Part shown: positions 37,101-45,181 of the stretch, one piece after another | Position numbering within the stretch: position 1 is the first letter of the stretch | Layout of the letters: every line of letters begins with the position of its first letter | Assembly (NCBI GenBank): GCA_023267215.1 | Contig: JAHFNS010000002.1 | Coordinates: forward strand, 192,892-256,891 | Direction: 5' to 3' | DNA length: 64,000 nucleotides | Origin: Candidatus Nomurabacteria bacterium | GTDB lineage: Bacteria > Patescibacteriota > Minisyncoccia > Phycocordibacterales > UBA9973 | Translations under genes and position numbers: made by a program | The notes under the pieces: generated by a model | Seen by the model: only the letters and a program-made list of their open reading frames with translations | Told to the model about the DNA's origin: nothing | Database searches by the model: none

Positions 37101-37287
37101 AACCTATTCCTTTTTCTGGAGTAGACAATTCCAGTTTTTCTCCAGTTTTTAATTTTAAATCCAAATTATTTGGATCTGAGGTTATTTGTGCTCTAACTTT
37201 ATTTACTTTCAAACCAGAAGAAAAAGGTGCTATTAAAATAGCTAGCATTATTATTCCCACTATTCCTTTTTTCCAATATTGTTTCAT
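34189..37287 (-). CDS. Large polytopic membrane protein with long coiled-coil and His-rich C-terminus (candidate VirB6/TrbL-like channel component)
   Basis: Signal peptide and ~230-aa exposed domain, then about 8 TM helices, then ~450 aa of charged alpha-helical sequence ending HGGGDSHAKH. Architecture and position match VirB6-like proteins of Gram-positive conjugation systems. No motif-level proof. Confidence 0.45.
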   Translation of the reverse strand: MKQYWKKGIVGIIMLAILIAPFSSGLKVNKVRAQITSDPNNLDLKLKTGEKLELSTPEKGIGYASAIFDIKATNLKLVYDGETSGYKVNTNIIDITAGEKDGGGSYSEGKSFGKDTVSSSSEKTIRICYGGNTTPDGKPCDSYESNTLKENNDYKLKITFDNYYPETGYSVIFNKIITETKNDPSVVYYWTFRTGDKTNNTSGTTTGDVKNYNQATDNDFGCSLIPMKLGGCVLQLFFILWQASAWVARLAGEFLDFFVYYATNSSSYTNTFVEQAWAGVRDIANIFFILALLFIAIKTVLGLNVTDNKKLIGAVVVVALFINFSLFTTKLVIDGSNILAKVFYNNISSVDEKGVNTEKNNVGGQKSISVGLVDKFNPQGVIMATYSDATLGIGYAIFVAILLIAITLYMAYVFFSIALLFVARVVSLWISMIFSPFAFASFTVPFKIPGFGHEEWWDDLSKNAVMAPIFAFLLYIIILFAGFLTDIARYADNQNLSGSANIMQHLMSIIIPFIILMALLNKAKKLTIEYAGEMGKTIVSGVKTIGGIAAGAAIGTTAAIGQGTLGHLGKGIFESKKLADWETNTDKGLGAWGKRFVGKNLRTASGAASTSSFDLRKGVGGVALKAASGLTGLNLGAQSKFLMKESGGYEADLKRRDEKRKKRAEGLKIKEGEPEKQHLNQVQEEHQKVSLENEKEIHEIEKEITAAEGKVKYLKDIAIASKGTPEGEANNDAYLAAGQKVKELKDKRSAIKSGGMLDENGNDGTGEFRTHNGNITKKAWEDANKEAEEAGKILVETGMVKSEAEKANAAAVTEKVAAIDELNAATAARIDAEAKANSKLTIGDPAVVAKTLEDAKKAEENAKNRMSVATNNVDTTLKTLENSNKKLEKAKEKISIAEKANIAKAYADTHKGFGNSQNEYEDKILPEAEHEVKHVNDRRTHGYANNIENQFAWPWNEAARRKSAHEIRMGVKAESHGSSKGSHLVTETVAASLAEKFVGGGKDHSSSHAPAAEKHDSGGKDAHGGGDSHAKH

Positions 37288-37312
37288 CTTTATTTCGTAA
37301 TTTATTTCTCAA

Positions 37313-37924
37313 TTAAAACCCAATTTTTTTCTTTGGTTTATTATCTTGCATAATTAGTTGTTTTAATACATCGAATACTCTTCTAAATTTAATATCATAT
37401 TTTTTCTCCATTTCTTCTATTTTTTGTCTCAATTTTATATTTGTGGCTAGTAATTCTCTTATTTTTGTGAAAGTTCTTATTATCTGAATATTTACTAGGA
37501 TTGCTCGTTCACTATTTAAAACACTAGACAGCATAGCTACTCCTTGTTCTGTAAATACATAAGGTAAATATTTTATATGTTGTCCACGTCCATTTTTTAA
37601 GGTGCCAGATTGGTACCTTAGACTTGAGGTTTCAAATTGTGACCTCAAATTATTGTTCAAGATCATAGATTGTGATTTTAGGAATTTTAATTCTTCTTTA
37701 TTAAGTTGAAACATAAAGTCCGTGGGGAATCTTTTGAGATTTCTTTTTACGGCTCGGTTTAAAGATTTTGTTTCAACACCATAAAGTTCTGCTAAATCTC
37801 GATCTAACATAACTTTTTTCTTTCTTATTAAAAGTATTTTACTAACAACTTTTTCCATTGGAAGAAGAACTAACTCAGTTGTTTTAATAGAATTTTTATT
37901 TAATTTTATATTTTTCTTTTGCAT
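37313..37924 (-). CDS. ORF6N-domain (KilA-N-like / phage antirepressor-like) protein
   Basis: VMLDRDLAELYGVETKSLNRAVKRNLKRFPTDFMFQL is the signature of the ORF6N domain. Confidence 0.65.
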   Translation of the reverse strand: MQKKNIKLNKNSIKTTELVLLPMEKVVSKILLIRKKKVMLDRDLAELYGVETKSLNRAVKRNLKRFPTDFMFQLNKEELKFLKSQSMILNNNLRSQFETSSLRYQSGTLKNGRGQHIKYLPYVFTEQGVAMLSSVLNSERAILVNIQIIRTFTKIRELLATNIKLRQKIEEMEKKYDIKFRRVFDVLKQLIMQDNKPKKKIGF

Positions 37925-37973
37925 TTTATTTTTTGTATTTTTTTTCTAGAACCTAGAAACTAACACCTAGCCC

Positions 37974-40283
37974 CTAATTCTTTTTGAAATAATACTCATA
38001 ATCCGAAGCTTCTTTGAACGTTGTTGTCACATTTCTGACGTCAACTATGGTGTTGTCGTAATACTCATACACTTTTAACGTATTCCCCGAAAGTTGAAGT
38101 TGATAAGCAGCAATGTCTGGTTTGCTTACGCGTATTTCTCTGCCGTTTTCATTTACATAACCAAACATTCTAGCGAGTTGGTCTGACAAATACCAAGCGA
38201 AAGATTGCAGATCAGAACCATCTGTATAACCATATTTTTTAGCAAATTCTACATCAGCGACAATTTGTCTAGCAAAAACTGTTTCGATGCCTTCTTGATA
38301 GCGAACAATGGCATCACTTGGTGGAGTAGCTGTCTGTCCTAATTTAAGAGGTGTTGTATCTATTATTTTTTTATTATTGTTATTTCCATTACTTCCGGTT
38401 CCATTGTTATAGTTGCCATTGTTGTAATTCCCATTGTTATAACTATTATTACTTCTCCAATTTGAACTATTCCAAGTGCCAGTATTTGTTCCACCTCCTA
38501 TTCCATTTGTTCCTTTATTACTAGTCCATGTTCCAGAACCTGTCGCGCTCGTCCAAACACCTCCTCCATTTCCTGTTCCAGTCCAAGTAGCGCTTCCTGT
38601 TCCACCTACACCTGAAGTACTTATCCATGTTCCAGAATCTGTTCCACTATTCCAAGTGCCAGTAGTTCCTGTGTTTGTACCAGTATTTGTACCGTCATTA
38701 TTATAATTTGTGTTTTTTATACAAGTAGGTGGATTATTTGCTCCATTCATACAAATCTTTATATTTGTATCACATTTTGGATAATTAGTTGCTCCATTTA
38801 CACAAATGTTATCAGGAATATTATCACAAGCAGGATAATTAGTTGATTTATTTATACAAGTATTGTTGTTATTATTATCACAAGTAGGTGGATTATTTGC
38901 TCCATTCATACAAATCTTTATATTTGTATCACATTTTGGATAATTAGTTGCTCCATTTACACAAATGTTATCAGGAATATTATCACAAGCAGGATAATTA
39001 GTTGCATTATTTTCACAAGTTGTTGTCGGAGGGGTATAAATACAAGTATTAGTAGAAGAATTTAAAACATAGGGAAGTTTACAAACAGGATTTTTTATTT
39101 CGTTGCCTGTTTCACCACTTCCGCTATTAGTACCGCTACTACTAGCGCTTGTTGTAAAATAAAAAATGTCGCCAGTATAAGTTGCTTCGTTTGCTGTACC
39201 CGCATTATTTTTTACCACTGCTCTAAATTGATATGTTGTGTTGGGTGTTAATCCTGTCAAATTGAAATTTATGTTTCCAAAGAGGTTGGCATAATTTCCG
39301 AGAGAGTTTTTTTGTTCACTACTCTTATTGCCATTCTTAGCCACGATCCATGGCGAGGCGAACTCGCTTTTTTTGTAGACAAAATAAGTTGTTACATCTG
39401 TATTAGTGATTGTTTTAGCTAGATTATTTTTTGGAGAACAATATGTTCCATTTAATATGGCAGAAGTTGATTTTATATTTGCTTCCTTTTTTGTTTCCAC
39501 TGTTGTGTTGTAACAATTAGTATGAAAACTTTTAACAATACTACTTCCACCGTAAGCGATATTATCTTTATTTGAAATTATGGCGCAATAATAATAAGTC
39601 GTGTTTGGAGCTAGGCCAGTTATCTCTTGGGAAAAAGATTGTGAAGCTGTCGGACCTAAAAATTTATCTCCTGTTGAAATCATATTTGAACCATAAACAT
39701 CATTACAGAAAATTGGAGGATTATTTTTGTTTGCTTTTGTGTATCTGAAATATGCAGTAATTGGAAGAGTGGGCTTTGAAACTAAATCTCCTCCTGTACC
39801 GTTGAGTGTGGCAGTATTTTGAGTGACATTGAGAGCCTCTCCTGTGTAAACAAAAAGACTTGATTTTGTTGTATTGGCGTTGGCGCTACTACTAGCACTA
39901 TCTTTTATATAACAAGCCTTAGCTACATTTGCATACGGATCTCTAAAAGTATTATTGTTGCAATTTATGCTGTCTGTGATATTGGTTCTATAATAAAATT
40001 TACCATAAACACCATAAGCCACATCTTTTATTCCAGTAAAATTACAAACCTGATTTTCATTTACACAAAATGTATACCCATTTGGCCCACTACTTGTAGT
40101 ATTTCCAGTTCCTCCCCCACCTCCACCAGAACCGGTGTCAGTACAACTTTGTCCGGTTTCAGTACTATATAAACTACCTTGATCACAACCAGCTGGAGCT
40201 AAATTCGCTCGTGAAATAAATGGCAAAATAAAAATTGCTGAAAATAGTGTTAAAATTATTATTTTTGTGATATTTTTTTGCAT
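37974..40283 (-). CDS. Large secreted Cys-patterned surface protein with Asn/Gly/Thr-rich low-complexity region and an internal perfect tandem duplication
   Basis: Signal peptide. Repeated CDNIPDNICVNGATNYPKCDTNIKICMNGANNPPTC module. G/T/N/S-rich tract. 769 aa. Confidence 0.6.
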   Translation of the reverse strand: MQKNITKIIILTLFSAIFILPFISRANLAPAGCDQGSLYSTETGQSCTDTGSGGGGGGTGNTTSSGPNGYTFCVNENQVCNFTGIKDVAYGVYGKFYYRTNITDSINCNNNTFRDPYANVAKACYIKDSASSSANANTTKSSLFVYTGEALNVTQNTATLNGTGGDLVSKPTLPITAYFRYTKANKNNPPIFCNDVYGSNMISTGDKFLGPTASQSFSQEITGLAPNTTYYYCAIISNKDNIAYGGSSIVKSFHTNCYNTTVETKKEANIKSTSAILNGTYCSPKNNLAKTITNTDVTTYFVYKKSEFASPWIVAKNGNKSSEQKNSLGNYANLFGNINFNLTGLTPNTTYQFRAVVKNNAGTANEATYTGDIFYFTTSASSSGTNSGSGETGNEIKNPVCKLPYVLNSSTNTCIYTPPTTTCENNATNYPACDNIPDNICVNGATNYPKCDTNIKICMNGANNPPTCDNNNNNTCINKSTNYPACDNIPDNICVNGATNYPKCDTNIKICMNGANNPPTCIKNTNYNNDGTNTGTNTGTTGTWNSGTDSGTWISTSGVGGTGSATWTGTGNGGGVWTSATGSGTWTSNKGTNGIGGGTNTGTWNSSNWRSNNSYNNGNYNNGNYNNGTGSNGNNNNKKIIDTTPLKLGQTATPPSDAIVRYQEGIETVFARQIVADVEFAKKYGYTDGSDLQSFAWYLSDQLARMFGYVNENGREIRVSKPDIAAYQLQLSGNTLKVYEYYDNTIVDVRNVTTTFKEASDYEYYFKKN
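38721..39004 (-). repeat. Perfect in-frame tandem duplication (two identical 125-bp blocks with a 159-bp period) within the surface-protein gene
   Basis: 38721-38845 is identical to 38880-39004. Encodes the repeated CDNIPDNICVNGATNYPKCDTNIKICMNGANNPPTC. Confidence 0.85.
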
Positions 40284-40321
40284 TTAATTTTTCTTTTATC
40301 TAGTACCTAGCAGCTAATTAC

Positions 40322-43285
40322 TTAATATATTCCAATCGTTTTTTCAAATAGCCCACCATAGTCTTTTGAATTTCCAAGTGGCATATGGGCTGAAGTACTA
40401 GGGGCACTTTGGTCATCGGGTTGATAATTGTAAATCAAACCATCTAGAGGCAATCTTTCAGCTCCGTCATAAATATTGTCAGGACCTGGTGGGTAAACTG
40501 CAGTGTAATGAACAAAACTCAAAAATCCTGGACCATATTTGTCGTACTGATTTTCGGCAGGCATTTTATAGCAACCAGTAGTGTCTTTTTCAGTACATTT
40601 TTTATTATAACCCCATGGATCTGGTAAGGGAGCTCCTTTATCGAAATTATTATAATCATAAAGAATTGGAAAAGGATAAGTCATTCTTGCAACAGAATTA
40701 ACATTGTAATTATTCCAATCTTCTGTTGGTTGTTTTACGCCACTACCAGCTGATGGGAAGTTTTTTTCACTAGTTGAGACATTATCTAAATTTTGTAAAA
40801 ATGCTTCACAGCCATATGGTCCCTTTAAAAGATTATTGTAGATACGATTTTTCTTAGCAATAATTTGTTCTACTAAATCACTAGCACTGGCTATGTCATC
40901 TCCATTCACCATACTTGCAGACAATCTTCCAAATGCATAAATTTGAGTTTTTAACTCATTTTCATAATCATCGTTACTAATCTGATTGGTATCAAGCTGA
41001 TTATTCAAATTATCGACAGCATCTTTTATATCTCCCAAAGTACCTACAATACTTTTCATTGAAATGATTTTATCATTATTGTCTTTAATCATCTGATTGT
41101 AACCAGGTAACTGATCGAAATCATTAGCAGCTTCTTTGGTAATCGAAGGTAGTCTGTCTGGGCTAGAAAAATATGTTTTGTTCATAATGGCAACATATCT
41201 ATTTAATACACTATTCAAAACATAAGATACTCCTTCACTGGTTGTCATATTCACATGTACAGGATCAGTTGATGCATATGCATCATATGGAGCTTGTGGT
41301 CTAAAACCAGTAAATTCATAAAATCTGTCAGTGTAATAACCTCTAATACTTCTAGAAATATCTTTTGCACTAACGTCACCTGTTAATGCTCCAAAGAGAG
41401 AACTTAAGGCTGGTCCAACATAAGGAACAAAATTGAGACCCACACCAACGACACCGTTCACAACTCCAGTTGCTTCATTTGATGAAGTTTTTGCTTGTCC
41501 TATTGAAATGGAATTCAATGTATCCCTAGAATCATTTTCCCAACCTGGGTGTGGTCCTGGTATACAATAATCCAATTGATAAATGGCGGGTATAAGTCCA
41601 TATGCATTAGAGATTTCTTTTCCAGTTCCTGGACCTATACAGTCTGGATATTTTCCACTCCAACCAGTTGGGCAAACAGCTTTTGGATTAAGAGTAGCAT
41701 CAAAAGAAATGCCACGAGTACTTATTTTTATTACTGGCTCACTACCCTTACAATTAGGATATTTTCCACTCCAACCAGTTGGGCAAACTTTAAGGTTGTA
41801 GTCTTTTCCATCTGTCGTAGAGTAGAGTTCTTTATTTTGCAAAGCGAGTTTGTCTGAATATGTTCTCTGTTCATCTATCAATGCTTGAGTAAGGTCGGTG
41901 CGAATATTGAAATCAGGATTAGCTTGTAACCATGAACTTGTAAGTTGTGATGGTGTATAATCTTTTTCTGTTTGAGTTTTGTATGGATCAGTCGTAGCTC
42001 CACTAAAGACCAAAGCGCCATCAATCCCTTGATTTCCGATATTAGCAAAACCTTTTTCAAATATATTAGTAGAGAATTGATTTAGTGTGGCATCTAGCAT
42101 AGCCGCAACAGCATCGTTTAAATCTTCTACGTTTAGAAGAGAATTATTTTGATATTTGGTCACCTCTGTCGCATAGTCAGCTATCATCTTTCCCGGGGTG
42201 ACATATTCCCAGCTTCCTCCTTCTGCTATACAAGGGTCGCCTTGGCTGTTAGTAGCTTCTAGGGCTTTTGTCTTTTGTGTTTGAGTCATACTAGAATCAA
42301 CACTGCAACGATAATCTCCCAAAAATCCATTTGCTGCTTGAATAGCATCTCGAGTATCTTTAGCTGTAGATTGTGATGTTTCATCTAATCTTTTTTGTAT
42401 TTCATTATCAAACATTATTTTAGCGCCAATAGGATTGTTGGCAGGTATTTGAGTCAATGCTGTCCAAGCATCCCAACCACCCATACTAAAATTACTTTGA
42501 AATTTATCAGCAGAAGCTTCTGGATTTGTTTCTTGAATAAGTTTATTTAAAGAATATTGTGCATTTTGCGAGAATTTAGTTTTATAAGCTAAAGCTTGAT
42601 TCCTCAACCAATCTTTGCCAAATGGACTATCTTGTATTTCTATACCAAATTGTAAAATTTCATTTTTCGCTATGTCGTTAAAAAATTTTCCTGGATTTTG
42701 TAAAAAAGAAGGTGAACCATCAAAACCACTATTGATCCATTTAACGGTACTTACCGTTAATTTTTGCAAGAACATTTTTGCGATTAGTCGCCCGACACTT
42801 GCAATGCAACTAGAATCCTCATTTATTTTTTGTGTCGTCTTGTTAAGTTTTTGTTGACCTGAGTCTATTTTTTGAAGCAGTCTATTTGTTTCTGCGGTAC
42901 CTGGATTTGAGACAGATTTGATTGTTCCAGAAGTTACTTTTAAATCTAAATTTGTTGTAGCAGCATCAGCATGGTCTTGTTCAGAATCACTGAGAGATGA
43001 TGTAGCGCTCGTAGAATCCATCCAGTCATTCAAACTACCTTCATCAATTGCACCCCCTGTTTCACCGCTAAATAAACCCGTGATTCCATTAAATAAATTT
43101 TTTATTACACCACCATTATTTTTACATTGTGGTAATCTAGCTATAGCAGGAATGAGTCCGGTTGCATATCCTGAAATATTATATTGCGCCTCAGCTTTTT
43201 TGGAAACGAAAGAAAGAGGCATCAATATTGTGCTTACTATTAGTACGAATGAAATTATTGATTTTTGGATTTGTTTTTTTTGCAT
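40322..43285 (-). CDS. Large secreted surface protein with repeated CPTGWSGKYP(N/D)C modules
   Basis: Signal peptide (LIVSTILMPLSFVSKKAEA). 987 aa. Two copies of the CPTGWSGKYP.C motif. Confidence 0.55.
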   Translation of the reverse strand: MQKKQIQKSIISFVLIVSTILMPLSFVSKKAEAQYNISGYATGLIPAIARLPQCKNNGGVIKNLFNGITGLFSGETGGAIDEGSLNDWMDSTSATSSLSDSEQDHADAATTNLDLKVTSGTIKSVSNPGTAETNRLLQKIDSGQQKLNKTTQKINEDSSCIASVGRLIAKMFLQKLTVSTVKWINSGFDGSPSFLQNPGKFFNDIAKNEILQFGIEIQDSPFGKDWLRNQALAYKTKFSQNAQYSLNKLIQETNPEASADKFQSNFSMGGWDAWTALTQIPANNPIGAKIMFDNEIQKRLDETSQSTAKDTRDAIQAANGFLGDYRCSVDSSMTQTQKTKALEATNSQGDPCIAEGGSWEYVTPGKMIADYATEVTKYQNNSLLNVEDLNDAVAAMLDATLNQFSTNIFEKGFANIGNQGIDGALVFSGATTDPYKTQTEKDYTPSQLTSSWLQANPDFNIRTDLTQALIDEQRTYSDKLALQNKELYSTTDGKDYNLKVCPTGWSGKYPNCKGSEPVIKISTRGISFDATLNPKAVCPTGWSGKYPDCIGPGTGKEISNAYGLIPAIYQLDYCIPGPHPGWENDSRDTLNSISIGQAKTSSNEATGVVNGVVGVGLNFVPYVGPALSSLFGALTGDVSAKDISRSIRGYYTDRFYEFTGFRPQAPYDAYASTDPVHVNMTTSEGVSYVLNSVLNRYVAIMNKTYFSSPDRLPSITKEAANDFDQLPGYNQMIKDNNDKIISMKSIVGTLGDIKDAVDNLNNQLDTNQISNDDYENELKTQIYAFGRLSASMVNGDDIASASDLVEQIIAKKNRIYNNLLKGPYGCEAFLQNLDNVSTSEKNFPSAGSGVKQPTEDWNNYNVNSVARMTYPFPILYDYNNFDKGAPLPDPWGYNKKCTEKDTTGCYKMPAENQYDKYGPGFLSFVHYTAVYPPGPDNIYDGAERLPLDGLIYNYQPDDQSAPSTSAHMPLGNSKDYGGLFEKTIGIY

Positions 43286-43332
43286 TTTGCTAATGCCTAG
43301 CGCCTAAAGCCCAACAACTACCTTAAATTATA

Positions 43333-44277
43333 TCATTGTTTTAACAAAAAAGTCTCTAAATCTGCCACTGCTTTTATCAAATCATCGCTATATTTTTGAT
43401 ATTGAGAAAGTCCAGATAATCCGATAATCGGATCGCTTACAATTTTACCCATATTGAGAATGCTTATGCCAGTGTTGTTGGCACCATTAGCTATTTTCAA
43501 ATGATATAGAGTAAGACTTGGAGGAACATAGAGTTCCATTACTTTTTGAGCGAAAAGTTGATAAGCATTAGCTATTTTTGATAATTTATTAAATTGATCA
43601 ATCCCACTTATCCCCCCATCTTGAGAATTTGTTGCTACTCCATCACTGACAATGCTTAATTCATCTCCTATACCTAAAGATTGATAGCTTTTAAATAAAT
43701 TTTTCATTTCCACATAATATTTTTGTTTTAAGACAAGATTGTCAACACTATTTATTTTTACATCTGTCTCTGTATAGCGATCTACTAAATCAGGAGTTAC
43801 TATTTTTTGCCCCAAGGCATTAGAAAAATTATTGATAGTATTTTTATCAATTTGCCCAGATGATTTCATGGCTGTGTAATTGCTGAAAAACTCGCGAGCA
43901 AACTTTTCTGTTTCTGTTAATTTTGTTTCATTTACACTTCCCTCTATTTTTAACTCTTTTTTCTTATTTTCTATATAAGTTGCATCTGGAGTGTTATTAA
44001 AAGTTACTTTTTTGTGAGGATCTGTACCCCAGAGAGCTTCTTCCCAATCAGGGACGCCGTCACCATCTGTGTCATTTTGTAGTAAATCAGTAAAAGTGGA
44101 ATTTCCTACCACTAGAGCCTTATTATTTTTGTTGCCGTTAATAGAAAAATTTTCTCCTGAAGAAGACATGAAGAAAATTACAAAAATTATTATCACCAAA
44201 ATGATAATGGTACTCGTGATCAATGCAAATTTTTTACTAGGTAAGTATTTTTTATATTTTTCTCTATTAAAATTCAT
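43333..44277 (-). CDS. Membrane-anchored hypothetical protein with thrombospondin-type-3-like calcium-binding motif
   Basis: N-terminal TM. DTDGDGVPDWEE matches the DxDxDGxxDxxE TSP3 Ca-binding loop. Confidence 0.4.
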   Translation of the reverse strand: MNFNREKYKKYLPSKKFALITSTIIILVIIIFVIFFMSSSGENFSINGNKNNKALVVGNSTFTDLLQNDTDGDGVPDWEEALWGTDPHKKVTFNNTPDATYIENKKKELKIEGSVNETKLTETEKFAREFFSNYTAMKSSGQIDKNTINNFSNALGQKIVTPDLVDRYTETDVKINSVDNLVLKQKYYVEMKNLFKSYQSLGIGDELSIVSDGVATNSQDGGISGIDQFNKLSKIANAYQLFAQKVMELYVPPSLTLYHLKIANGANNTGISILNMGKIVSDPIIGLSGLSQYQKYSDDLIKAVADLETFLLKQ

Positions 44278-45178
44278 TTTTATACTTATATTGTATCATT
44301 TTAACAAGCTCAATCCAATCTTTTAGTGTTAATTCCTCCGCTCTTTTGTTTCCTAACCCTGCGGAGGCAATTCCTCCGCCAAAGAGCAGGTCGTATTTTT
44401 TAAGATTTGAAGATAATTTCTTTCTTTTGTGGGCAAAACCAGCATGAATTATTTCCCAAAATAGTTTTTCATCTAGTATTTTACCCTCTCCTTTATAAGG
44501 AGAGGGATTTAAGGGTGAGGTGAAATTCTTTCTAGAAATATTTTTTATTGTAATTATAGCTGAATCTACTTTTGGGGCTGGAGAAAAATATCGAGCAGGT
44601 ACTTTTAGAATCATTTTTGGCTCACCGTATGCTTTCACGGAAATAGAAAGGATACTTTCCTTCGCCCTGCGAAGCTTTAGCGAAGCAGGGTTATTGTTTA
44701 CACAAATTCTCTTCGCCACTTCATTTTGCACCATCAATACCATCGAGATTGGTTGATTTATATCTCCCAAAAATTTTTTCAAAATTGCACCAGTGATATT
44801 GTAAGGAATATTTGCAATTATTTTGTATTTTTCTCCCCCCTCGAAGGGGGAGATTAAGAGGGGGTCTAAATCTAAAATATCACCATGTACTAGTACAAGA
44901 TTGCCCAACTTAATTTGATTAGCAAATTTTTCTTGAAGTAGCTCGTAAAGCGCTCTATCTTTTTCTATAGCTATAACACACCCGGTTTTTTCCCTGTCCG
45001 ACTCTTTGTGCGAAGCACTAATGGCGAATAAAAGTTTTTCTGTCAGCACCCCTTTTCCCGGACCTATTTCTAAAATAATATCATCTTTAGAAATTTCTCC
45101 AGCTTCAACTATTTTATTGAGGGCTGGTATAGATTTTAGAAAATTTTGTCCTAATGATTTTTTTGCTTTGTGTATCAT
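44267..45178 (-). CDS. rsmA: 16S rRNA adenine dimethyltransferase RsmA/KsgA, with two in-frame hairpin insertions
   Basis: SLGQNFL start. SAM motif LEIGPGKGVLTEKL. Catalytic NIPYNI. Insertions encode SPLNPSPYKGEGKIL and DLDPLLISPFEGGEKYKI. Confidence 0.9.
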   Translation of the reverse strand: MIHKAKKSLGQNFLKSIPALNKIVEAGEISKDDIILEIGPGKGVLTEKLLFAISASHKESDREKTGCVIAIEKDRALYELLQEKFANQIKLGNLVLVHGDILDLDPLLISPFEGGEKYKIIANIPYNITGAILKKFLGDINQPISMVLMVQNEVAKRICVNNNPASLKLRRAKESILSISVKAYGEPKMILKVPARYFSPAPKVDSAIITIKNISRKNFTSPLNPSPYKGEGKILDEKLFWEIIHAGFAHKRKKLSSNLKKYDLLFGGGIASAGLGNKRAEELTLKDWIELVKMIQYKYKNEF

Positions 45179-45181
45179 ATA

